Positions 38,287-48,630 of a stretch of DNA of 64,000 nucleotides are shown here, one piece after another. The stretch is from Flectonema sp. DT1601 (lineage: Eukaryota): NCBI GenBank assembly GCA_964019425.1, contig OZ025797.1:1302001-1366000 (forward strand), written 5' to 3'. The translations under genes and the position numbers were made by a program. The first letter of the stretch is position 1; the number at the start of each line of letters is the position of its first letter. The notes under the pieces are model-generated. The model did not search any database. It was not told the origin of the DNA and worked only from the letters and a program-made list of their open reading frames with translations.

Positions 38287-39744
38287 ATGAAAATCGCTTT
38301 CCTGTTGTCGATAGTCGCTGTGTCCTCAGCGGGTGATTGTTCTCAGTACCATTCTGCTGCAGCCTGCAATGAATGTAAGGAAATGAACGGAATGTGTGTG
38401 CAGGTTGTCGACCCCTGCGCAAGTAAAACTGATTGCGGGTCTTCACCAGAATGTCATCTTATGGGAGGAGGATGTATGTCGAATAACAGTCCTTGTCATG
38501 GTCAACAAGATTGTTTAAGTTGTATATGGGATGCTGGTGTTTGCAAATCAAATAATGAAATCTGTTCCTCTGCCACAACCGAAGCAACCTGTTTGAGTTG
38601 TCACAAACCGGGGACGATGTGTATGTCAAAATCTGATCCCTGCAATGGAATGACGTGCATAAACATGGCTGGCTGTACTCTCGATAATGGAGTCTGCAAG
38701 CAAGTAACTGATCCGTGCATGTCTGCTAAGTATTGTGGAGACTGCTCCTGGAACAGTAATTTCGGAGGGTCCTGTCAAGTGAAGCCGCAGTCACTCTCAT
38801 CATGCTCTGGAAATAATGAACTTCACTGCAGAGATTGTGAGATGTCAAACAACAAGTGCAGTAGTAAGAAGGATCCTTGTACAGGTATGGAACACCACTG
38901 CGCGATGATGTCACCAGTCGGAATGTGCAAAATGGAAAACTCTATTTGTGTTCTCGCGGCAGATCCTTGCGAGTCGTCAGGTCACTGCGGCAGCTGTTCG
39001 TGGGAGAGCTCTACGAGAGTTTGTGTTACAACTGACTCACATGTAACAGATAGCTGTTCATTAAATAAAAAAGAAGGAACTTGTTTATCCTGTCATCAGA
39101 TGTCAGGTATTTGTATGTCTAATACTGACTCTTGTAATGGAATGGAATCTCACTGCAGTTCGATGGCAAACTGCGAAATGAAAAACGGAAGGTGTACAAT
39201 GATTAGTGACCCGTGTGAAGCATCAACGTACTGTGGTGGGTGCACATGGAAAGAAGGAAAGTGTGAGAAATCTACCGGACATACAACAACAGCGCATGTC
39301 GACCACTCACAACACTTCAGTAAGTCTGGTCAGATGGTGATGACGTTCTTCGATTCTCATGATGTCGTTTTGTTGTGGAAAGAAATTGACATCACCAGCA
39401 AGGGACACTACACTCTCGCCATCTTGATTGTGTTCTTCCTTTCGATGTTTGTTATGTTGTTAAAGGATTACGTATCCCATCACAACGATCATCACTTAGC
39501 CATCAGAATGGTACTCATGTTGGTTGCGATAACTTTAAGTAATTTAGTGATGTTGATTGTGATGATTATGAACGTTGGTCTTTTTATTTCCGTAATGTTC
39601 GGATCTACTATCGGATTTGGTATCGTTGAGTATAAGAAGATAAGAGAAAAAAGAAGAATTGGAGAAAAGGATGTCGAGTGCGGATCAAAAGCCCAAACAC
39701 AACCCGCTGAAGCTGACGGGCATACAGAATGTCATTACCCTTGA
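38287..39744 (+). CDS. Ctr/SLC31 copper transporter with a long Cys/Met-rich repetitive ectodomain
   Basis: MVMTFFDSHDVVLLWKE, 3 TM helices, MLIVMIMNVG (MxxxM) and GSTIG. Signal peptide and ~320 aa of DPC/C-x2-C repeats. Confidence 0.85.
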   Translation: MKIAFLLSIVAVSSAGDCSQYHSAAACNECKEMNGMCVQVVDPCASKTDCGSSPECHLMGGGCMSNNSPCHGQQDCLSCIWDAGVCKSNNEICSSATTEATCLSCHKPGTMCMSKSDPCNGMTCINMAGCTLDNGVCKQVTDPCMSAKYCGDCSWNSNFGGSCQVKPQSLSSCSGNNELHCRDCEMSNNKCSSKKDPCTGMEHHCAMMSPVGMCKMENSICVLAADPCESSGHCGSCSWESSTRVCVTTDSHVTDSCSLNKKEGTCLSCHQMSGICMSNTDSCNGMESHCSSMANCEMKNGRCTMISDPCEASTYCGGCTWKEGKCEKSTGHTTTAHVDHSQHFSKSGQMVMTFFDSHDVVLLWKEIDITSKGHYTLAILIVFFLSMFVMLLKDYVSHHNDHHLAIRMVLMLVAITLSNLVMLIVMIMNVGLFISVMFGSTIGFGIVEYKKIREKRRIGEKDVECGSKAQTQPAEADGHTECHYP

Positions 39745-40534
39745 CTTGTTCTCTTTAGAAGAAGCCTTGGAGGTCGGAAAAAAAAGATTTTCCTTTTTTG
39801 TGTTTTTTTATTATTTGTCAAACAATTAAACATCCTCTTCGATTCTTAAATACGATTACCCTACTTTATGCTCGCCTGATATTTTCAATTTTGGTTGGCG
39901 ATTTGTTTCTTAATGTAAGGGGGTGTGGCAGCGTCCTGCCCAATCCCAGCATACCTTTTTTTTATTTTTAGTAGAAATTTTATGAGACAATTTTATGGAA
40001 ATAAAAAAAAGATAATGTCAATCTTTTTAACGTCTGCCCTCTTCCCTTCTCATCCCCCTCTCGTCAACTATAACAAATATTGTATTGTAGTCATTAATAA
40101 GTGATGCTTGTGATTGCAATTCGATTATTGTTGTCTCGTTGATTTTATTAACCCAACTCGTCAATTAAAAAAACAGTTGTGAAAGCATCTCTAATTATTA
40201 GTTTTCTTTTCTTTTCTTTTTCCCTTTTGAAGACAATAGTCTTAAAACAGATTCAATACCTAGAATAGGATCAGGTTTATTCTTGTTTCCTATGCCAGGT
40301 GTGGATAAACCTGAGAGTGTGAACAGTCTCTGATTTACGTCGGTTATTGTATGTGTTTTCATGAAAGGTTTTTACTTTTTCCCATTTTATATTTTTTTCA
40401 TATTCATTCTCAGAAGAAAAGAGTTGATGTTTTGTTTACTTTATGGAATTTCGTTTTTTTTTTATTCTGGTCACGCACAAAAAAAAAGAAAGCGTGTATG
40501 AATTTTCGATGGCGGTGTGGCCATTCAACATTAA

Positions 40535-40702
40535 CTGTTGCGTGTAACGCGTGCAGAAATGTGTCTCGGTGAATGCACCTGAATCTGAAGACCCACGTTG
40601 TGATTATGAGAACCAACGTCGGTACCAACTGATAGGTCCCGTTGGGATAGTATTGCTGTTTTCGGAGGGGGGCTATTAATTTCTGCTGAAATGTTGTAGC
40701 AG
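40535..40702 (+). ncRNA. Candidate structured RNA (multi-branch junction closed by a long stem), identity unknown
   Basis: Outer stems CTGTTGC/GTAGCAG and GCAGAAAT/ATTTCTGC enclose four small hairpins. Confidence 0.35.
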
Positions 40703-41357
40703 CCAATCAGCAAACACACAAATTTCCTTTTTGTTTTTTTTATAATATTTATGTTATTCGTCCCTCCCTTTAAACAACTGATTGATACATATTAAATAAT
40801 AATAACATTACATCATCTAAGGAATGATGAAACCATGAGAACCAGCGAGGGCTGGTCCCTACGGTGAATTTTCTTCTCGTTGGCCGATTTTCCCACGATC
40901 ACCTCCACAAGCAAACAACAACAAAATTATAAATAAATAGAAAACCCTGACTTCCCCCTTCTAAACCAATCTCCTCTTTCTCGAACGCAATTACTCGCAA
41001 TATTTTGACCGGTCGATATGCTGTTTTAATCCACAAGCACTTCACTTCTTCTTTTTTACTGTAATGAGTTCGAGAAGCCGTCTGGTGATTGATACCTCTA
41101 ATTGCCGTTGGTTGTGTATTTTTCCTTTTTTAAGATGCGAAAGAAATTCTTCCAATTTTTGGGAAGAATTTCGTATCTGCGTCCTGCCCCACTCAGGGGA
41201 TTTGATGAATTTGTTTTGGTTTTCTTTTTTTAATATAAATATAGCGCCTTGACAATTCGCCTTCGGTGAATCTGTTGTTTGCATTTGCAATTTCTCGATA
41301 TATACGAAAAGTTCTGTTAATTTGTTATTATTTATCTTCTGCTCAGATGTGATAATA

Positions 41358-42446
41358 ATGCTTCGTGGTAAGGCAAGAGGCCCTCGATTTCGTCTTTCGG
41401 GATGGAAAGCTGGGATTACAATAATATCATTGTTGTTACTAATGTATCCATTGTTGATGTTCGTTAGTAGTCGAGAGTGTGACTTGCGAAGATTAGTTCT
41501 CAGAAGATGGGAAGAAAACCTGCAGCTGAGTGTGATTCAGGCGTATAATCAAACTGAAGTGAGTGACTACAAACACATCAACCCACTTTTAAAAATTAAA
41601 AACACGGCGAGGAAGAAGAAGAGAAAATCAGCAGCCTGGAGTAGCTCACCAAAACTAACGACACCTTTCAACTCAACGCTGTGGACTTTTAATAATGCGA
41701 TTCCCGAAGAGACACTTTCAATGTGGGATGGACAGTCTTCGTGTAGTGGCCCGCATTCTATTCTTTCTAATAAGTTTCCCATCGGAAAATACAGCGGAGT
41801 GTTGCTTCCGTTTCTCCACAGCAACTTCTCTCAAGCGCTTGTCGGAAGGCATGCTGCTCAGCACATCAAACTCGCTCTGAACTTTTTGTTGATATTCTCA
41901 CGTTCGGATTCAATGAAGATTGGGTTTAATTCTCTCGCTGCTGGTGCCAGTGTGAATCATTTACACTTCCAATTCTGGTCAATTCCTATCAAGTTACCTG
42001 TCGAATTGGCGAAATGTGAAAGGATTTGGAATAATAAAGGTGTCTTTTTTTTTCGTTCCTACCATCTCATACCTTCCTTCGTCCTGAGGTTTGCACCTTC
42101 ACTTGTAAGTCACGCTGCTTCTTTAATCTCTCCAGTTGTTAGTTGGCTGACGAATAATAACATTCCTTTTAATTTATTAATGGCCCAGGATTTCGATGTC
42201 CCAACCAGTCGATCAATTGGATTGTATTTGATGCCGCGACAACCAACTTCATCGTCGTCAATGATTGCGTCTGTACTTCCGCCTGGGTTTCCGGAAATAT
42301 CTGGTCTTGTTATCGCTACTGACAGTGAGACATTTGAACAACTGAGTAGTGAACTTGTCATCAGCCACTACAAGGCAGAGCTTGCCCAGCCAAAGGAAGT
42401 GTTGCGGAGCATTTTTAAAGAATTTGACAAAGTGCGGACTTTCTGA
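41358..42446 (+). CDS. GDP-hexose phosphorylase (GDPGP1/VTC2 family, HIT-like) with N-terminal TM anchor
   Basis: IGFNSLAAGASVNHLHFQ, NKFPI, NIPFNLL and PGFPEISG. Confidence 0.82.
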   Translation: MLRGKARGPRFRLSGWKAGITIISLLLLMYPLLMFVSSRECDLRRLVLRRWEENLQLSVIQAYNQTEVSDYKHINPLLKIKNTARKKKRKSAAWSSSPKLTTPFNSTLWTFNNAIPEETLSMWDGQSSCSGPHSILSNKFPIGKYSGVLLPFLHSNFSQALVGRHAAQHIKLALNFLLIFSRSDSMKIGFNSLAAGASVNHLHFQFWSIPIKLPVELAKCERIWNNKGVFFFRSYHLIPSFVLRFAPSLVSHAASLISPVVSWLTNNNIPFNLLMAQDFDVPTSRSIGLYLMPRQPTSSSSMIASVLPPGFPEISGLVIATDSETFEQLSSELVISHYKAELAQPKEVLRSIFKEFDKVRTF

Positions 42447-42873
42447 GGTTAACATTTGGGATCCTCGCTGGGCCTCAGATATTTAATGGCGCACTTCGTA
42501 TTTGTTTCATTTTTCGTTCCGCCAATCCGTGAAGGAACTACATCAATATTCAGACACCAGTGAAGGAGTCCCTGGAATCAGGTCTGCTTTGGGCTGGAAA
42601 GCTAGATCACTTTTTTATTCACCCCCAGTAAGTACTCAAATAATGCAGCTTTTTGTGACCTACCCGCACCACTGTGTTAGCTACTGCTGTTACTGATTCC
42701 CTTGTGAGAGACGTTCTAGCGACTGGTGGGATGTTGATCCGAAGCTGAACTCTCGTTCACTGGTGATGCCTTTGTACGATTTCTCTTCACGTTCAACCAG
42801 CTTGGGGTGACTGCGGCATAGTTTAGTTTATGGCAGATGTAACTTTATCTTTATTTTTCAGATTTCAACAGCC

Positions 42874-44472
42874 ATGCACACAATGAAGAGTACGTTGATC
42901 TACGCAGCCGCAGCATTCACTCTGACTAGTGCAACGTTTTCAGAAATATCCAGCACCACATTTGTTGGAGAAGGAAAACAAATTTTCGGATCAACGTACT
43001 CAATTGGTCAAGTAAAGCACACGAGTGTTATATCCGCAGGGACTGGAGGGAATGTGGTAGTAGAGGCTGTGTTTCCATCACAGAATCCAGTGACAAAAGA
43101 CTTGTCGTTGGTTATGACTCACGGAGCAACTGAGATATTTGATCATTATCAGAAGGGAATCTTTAGTTTTGCCTGTCAAGGTGCCGCAGGTGTGCAAGCA
43201 CACGTGAGAAACCCCCCGTCAATCAGGACCAGTGGACACTACCAAATGCCTGCTGGTCAAGAGTGCCGGTCAATTTTCTTATCTTACGCAATGATGAGTG
43301 GAATTAGACAAGCGATACTCTACATGGGTGGAACCCACTTCTCGTGTATTCAGTGGTCGAGTCTGAGCCAACCTATTTTTCAGGGAGACGTGTTCCTTAA
43401 CGGCAGGGTAGCTCAAAAGGTTGTATCTCTGCATCTTGACTACTCTTTTGTATCCTGTGGAACAGACGGTCTTGTTGTTATTTCACACTCTGATGTCAGT
43501 AATCCAACCATTGTTAGTGAGTTGGGTCCATCTCAAGGATTGAATTGTGACTTCAGAGACATAATTGTTAAAGACGACCGACTGATCATAGCAAACGGAG
43601 CTCACGGAATTAGGATTTACGATATAACTAACCCGTCTACACCGGTACTTGTTGGTGACTATGCAGGTTTTCATCACGCACCGATCACTTCGGTATTAGT
43701 TCCGGCCAGACCAAATGACATTTCTAATTACCGTCTTGTCGCTGCAGCACCAGGAGATAGATTATACATAATGGATTACAACACACTTGCGATTATTGAA
43801 GACGATGTGCAATTCTCTGATGTTGAAAAACTTGCGTCCAACAACGCTCAGACAAATAGCAACTTTCCATCTCACAATGGTCGTCTTCGCTTCTCTGCTA
43901 TCGGTGGAAATACTTTCAAGAACATCCTGTGGGATAATACCGTTATTGTTCCTCCAGTACCTGCAGGTTGTGATCCTGTTAAGGTATCTGGTGTTGTTGT
44001 ATCTGGTCAGGTGGCAGGCAAGACCATGCCTTTGAATGGCGGAGTTACTCTCGAAGAAATCCCAAACTTTCTTGTTGGTTCAGAGCTTTATGCCCCAACT
44101 CTACCTGTTGCTTCTTCTACTGATATTGTATTAGAATGCTGTGGGAGTTCTACGTGTGAATTCTTCATCACTGTATTCAGATGTGCTCATTGTCCATCAT
44201 CAACATCTGACCTCCCAGGTATTCTGTTGTCTGGATTGTGGGAAGCTGGATCTTGTTCACCAAAGTTTAGTGTGAACTCTGGAACTGAATTATTTGGAAT
44301 GGTCTCTTTTCACAAACAGCTTCAACCTGGTGAAGTACTTCCTCTTCCACCAACTGCTTTGGATACTCGTTTCATGGCCATCTTCAAACTTGATTCGGTA
44401 ACTCAACCATGGTGTCCTGCAGCTGGTACTTCATTTGTTGGTGCTCAGCCGCCATGCACCTGTCCGCAGTAA
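42874..44472 (+). CDS. Secreted LVIVD-repeat protein with Cys-rich C-terminal domain
   Basis: Signal peptide. GLVVISHSDVSNPTIVS and GIRIYDITNPSTPVLVG match LVIVD repeats. Confidence 0.75.
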   Translation: MHTMKSTLIYAAAAFTLTSATFSEISSTTFVGEGKQIFGSTYSIGQVKHTSVISAGTGGNVVVEAVFPSQNPVTKDLSLVMTHGATEIFDHYQKGIFSFACQGAAGVQAHVRNPPSIRTSGHYQMPAGQECRSIFLSYAMMSGIRQAILYMGGTHFSCIQWSSLSQPIFQGDVFLNGRVAQKVVSLHLDYSFVSCGTDGLVVISHSDVSNPTIVSELGPSQGLNCDFRDIIVKDDRLIIANGAHGIRIYDITNPSTPVLVGDYAGFHHAPITSVLVPARPNDISNYRLVAAAPGDRLYIMDYNTLAIIEDDVQFSDVEKLASNNAQTNSNFPSHNGRLRFSAIGGNTFKNILWDNTVIVPPVPAGCDPVKVSGVVVSGQVAGKTMPLNGGVTLEEIPNFLVGSELYAPTLPVASSTDIVLECCGSSTCEFFITVFRCAHCPSSTSDLPGILLSGLWEAGSCSPKFSVNSGTELFGMVSFHKQLQPGEVLPLPPTALDTRFMAIFKLDSVTQPWCPAAGTSFVGAQPPCTCPQ

Positions 44473-45884
44473 GCATGAATCATTTTGAAATAGCTTTTGT
44501 TATTTTCTTAGTTTTAGAAGAATAACATGATTTCAATTAGAATTATATCCGATCTGGTGTTTTGGAATTTTGAAAAAAATCCTCAAATTCACCTTTTTTT
44601 GTTGCCTTTTTCATCACCCCCTTTGCCTTCCGCAGCAATCTTGTCAGTTGTCTGTGCATAACGCTGCGCCAAGGAGGGAGGCTTTTCATTTTATTTTTTT
44701 TAAATTAAATTTTAACCACTACTAAAACACAGTTGACAGCAGATAGTGATCGTTGGGATTCTGTTGTCAAACAGACAAAGTAAACTTCACCAGCTGCCGT
44801 CTTTTCCTCAACAGTGAAAAAGACAAAGTTTGTAGAAAATTTTATTGTCTGTGCCAGTTTTTAAATCTGTCCTCACCGTTTTATATAAATGGTGCTCACT
44901 GTGAGTATCATATTTGAGTTGTTGTTCTTTTACTTTTTTTACATTCAAGTTATTCTACGATATTATTCCTTACTTGGCCTATTCCATCGTCAGTCATTGC
45001 CCCCGCGTCATAGAACACCGGGTAGCCTGTCGTATGTGGTTGTATCTGAGAAAGGGATTTTTCAAGGAGTACAAATTCCTTAGTTTTTCTTCCTCTCTTC
45101 TGGTAGCAATGCAAAATTTCTTTTTGCTTCTTTAGCTATTGCAGTTGCAACACTGACCTCAAAACAGTAGTGTTAGTTAGTTACAACACACAGTTAACAT
45201 TATTTCAAATGCAGACATCAGTAATGGGAAAATATTGTTATCGCTCGAAAAGTATGATAAGCAGAAATCGTGTTAGAGGGGAAGACATTATAGAAACTCT
45301 TAATACATTCTAGTCTCTCGCGTGGTTAACCCAAGGCTTCAGGGGCCTCTGTCCAGTTAAAGTCACAAACTTTCATGTCGGTTTTCAGTCACTGCTGGTG
45401 TTAAAGATAAGTGCTGCTACAGGGCACTCAACCTGTAGTACGTGGCCCCCGAATCCCCATATTCGACAGCACATATGGGATTTTTTATCGATAGCAACTG
45501 TTGATTTCTTATATTGCAACCTGGTTTGGCCGAACCCTATTCTCGTTTTTGCCAGTTTCAAGTTGCTTTCTATTTTATATTAGTATCAAGTTACCCCCAA
45601 CACAGCTCTTATCGCTAAGCAAGTAGTAAAATGGCTAGCAGAGTGAACTCGAAGAACGAGGAGTCCCATGGGAAGGTGAATGACCATGTGCTGCATGCCA
45701 GAAGAAAGGGTGATGGTGTACGATCGCAAGGTCCAATGCCAAGGACAGACACTACAACTATGCAGACGGTGTTTAGATGCTTGCTGGAGTTGCCTATTAG
45801 TGATCTTGCTTATGTCATTTATCATTTCTTCCACAGAAAACAATCCCATCCCTCCCCAAAACAACAACAACACCACAAAAACAA

Positions 45885-48264
45885 ATGTCCACCTCATCCA
45901 ATGTTCAGCTGAACGAACAAGTTTTAAAATGGATATCTGAGACCAAAGAAGCGATTAATACGACTCAAGAAGAATTCGATAAAGTAGTCAACATTATTTT
46001 AAAGGAGGGAAAAGGCCTAACTGGCGATGAAGCTGCCTTCATAAAAAGATGCGTCGTCATGTCTGGAAGTCTCGCAGATCACAAGCAGAAGCTAACAACA
46101 GACTTAGAGGACCTGAAGGTAGAAGAGAAAAACTACAGGGAGGTGCTGAAGAAATCTTCTGAGGTATACCTTTTACTTTTTGTTTGTAACGCATTTCGGG
46201 GTAAACCTGTCTGATCGGGTCCAACCTTTTTTTGTATTGGTCACAGTACAGCCCTTCGGATTGATTATTGAAATTACTTGTTCACCAAAAGAAAAACAAT
46301 CATCCACACAGACGCCTGATGTTGTACCATACACAGTAGAGGAGGTAGAGAAGCTTTTGGACCCTTCAAAAATGAAGATGGAGACTGTTGTTGCAAATAA
46401 GCCACTCCTTGATAGGGAAAATGCACGCAATGCACTTGATGTGGTGTTGCATCAAAAACGTATAAATGATAGGTGGCATGTCATCACAACTGTAGGAATT
46501 CCAGGCTCAGGGAAGACCTTCCTGCTACGTAAAGGGATTATGTATGAATGGTATCCTGATCGAAGTATTATGATGACCTTTTATGAGCATGCACAGATTA
46601 TCGATGATGGAAAGATGGATCCGCTTGTTGCCTTTGCTCGTCAGCTTGTCCAAACAAACAACTTCAGAGGAGACGTTGATTTCAACCGCATTGTAGACTT
46701 CCATGGAGTGATCACAGCCTTTCGACAGAAGCTTGGCCTATCTGATGAGATCCCTTTGATTGTCTGTATTGATGAACTTATTAAATTGCGTGAACATCAC
46801 ATTATGCTCTTGCGAAGGGAAGGTGTGGATGAGCAAAGGTTGAAACTCCAAGCCACAGATCGATGCAAAATGCTGAGAACTGCCCTGATGGCCTATCAGG
46901 ACAGATGCACTAATAACAAGTTACCCGAGATACGATTTGTCTGGACGTCACACACCGAGTTGTTTGATAACGAAATGACCGCGTCTGTAGGTAGTCGTCG
47001 TCAGATCGTTCACATACCATTAACAAACCTAACTCATGAAAATGCCCTGAATCTATTGAGACTTGACGAACTTAAAGGGGCAGGGGATCTGGTAACTGAG
47101 TGGTCATTGAATATGTGTGCTGGTAATCCCCGTGCGATTGTGAGTCTCCCCGAAGTGATTAATGACGCAAAGTGTTTTGGTACAGCTGGTCTTGCTTCAC
47201 GCATAGCTAGTGGAATTTATAGAGCATGCATGTTTCAAACGCTTCACATTTCATTTGTTGAGGACCACCTCGCTGCAGTTCTCACAAAGTCACTCAACAG
47301 TGCCACAGAGGATGCATTACGAATTAGGGGTGCTCTCCACAAACTCTCCAATGGTGTTGAATGCTTAATTCCAAGTTTGGTTTGGGCATGGGCAAATGAA
47401 AAGCACACAAAGATGGTTGGGGAGTGGTTGATTGAATATTTCGGCAGTGATGCAAACATGAACCCCAAAACATTTGAAGAGACAACACTCTACTTTGAAG
47501 GGCTTCTGAACCATGCATACAGACAGCTGAAGAAAACACCATTTCTGAGTGAATATTTTGATGGGGCTGACCATATCCAGGAAAACATAAAAGAATTGAT
47601 TGTTCACCCCAGGAAAGTGTTAAGAGCGGAAGAACCTTCATCCCTTAGCAGCTTGGGATCTGAAGAGCTTTACAATAAGCTCCAATCTGGACAAGCTGTG
47701 TACTCGAAAAATGTTGTCGGAGAGGGTGGTGACATTCTGATCCCTTTGATGCTCTCTGAAGGAAAGAAAAAGGCAACGCTCTACCTATTCTGTGCCCAGT
47801 GCAAACTAGCAAAGAGAGTCGATAGCCTCCAAGAAGTAGAAACGAAGGCTGTGGAAATTCCAGCTGTCCAGGAACTCCAGGCTTGGGCGAATAAACAGAA
47901 GAAACCACTTGATGTACATGGTCTTTATTTCACCACACACACACCCAAGCTTCAAACTGCAAAGCGGAAGGGTGTTTGGTTCACAAAGGATTCTATGGAG
48001 AAGTGGCTGAGCAGACTTGGTTTGCCAAGAGTCAATTACCACCATGCAAGAACCTCAACATCTGGTAGCTCCGCTGACCCTGCATCACCAAAACATAAAG
48101 AATCAAAGGAAAATTCCAATCAAATACCCCACGACACCACTAGAAATAAATTAAAAAGACACCTTTCAGAAAGCAGCAACGATACACCAAATCTAAGGTC
48201 TGAACCAACTGGTAGAGTTACTAAGAGAGGCAAAAGCCATGTGTCGGAGGAAAATGACTGGTAA
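45885..48264 (+). CDS. Header + STAND-like P-loop NTPase + PD-(D/E)xK-like nuclease (Crinkler/RHS-type), copy 1; probable intron 46164-46311
   Basis: Walker A GIPGSGKT, Walker B LIVCIDE, GNPRAI, KTFEE...GGDILI...AQCK. A phase-0 GTATAC...CACAG intron joins 45885 to the 46180 ORF (~743 aa). An alternative in-frame acceptor lies at 46251. Confidence 0.8.
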
Positions 48265-48290
48265 TAATGTAAAAAAACCCGCAAACCCGC

Positions 48291-48324
48291 ACTAGAGATA
48301 CCCGTCGAGGCTCGCTTCGCTCGC
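48291..48324 (-). mobile_element. Helitron-like 3' terminus remnant (present in every repeat unit)
   Basis: The minus strand reads GCGAGCGAAGCGAGCCTCGACGGGTATCT-CTAG-T, a GC-rich GCGAAGC half-hairpin followed by CTAG|T. Confidence 0.4.
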
Positions 48325-48520
48325 TTTGTTTTGTTTTTGTTTTTTTGAATTCAACTTGTTTTTCCTTTGGTTGAGTATGCTAAAATGACAACGATGGCTG
48401 GGTTATTATAATGGATATGTGGATTATTTCAAGTTAACCATTTTTTTCCAGCTGCATTTTTCTTCTGGTGCCTTACACAGCAAAAAAAGCAACCGAATTT
48501 TGTTCTACCACCAAGTGGAA

Positions 48521-48630
48521 AAAACCGCACTAATTTTTTCTCAAAAAAACCGCACTAATTTTTCCGCGCAGTAATATTTCCCCGCAGTAATTATTCAGCG
48601 CAGTAATATTTCCAGTTGCAGTATTATTCC
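48521..48630. repeat. Short sub-repeats at the unit junction (CCGCACTAATTTT x2, GCAGTAATATTT-like x4)
   Basis: Read directly. Repeated at the end of every unit. Confidence 0.85.

Noticed and set aside
40583..40625. CTGAAGA plus stem as a hammerhead or TPP riboswitch core
   Set aside because: Lacks the GAAA of a hammerhead and the conserved TPP motifs.
47244..48045. Minus-strand ORFs overlapping the NTPase gene, repeated in each unit
   Set aside because: Antisense shadows of the main CDS with no recognisable motifs.
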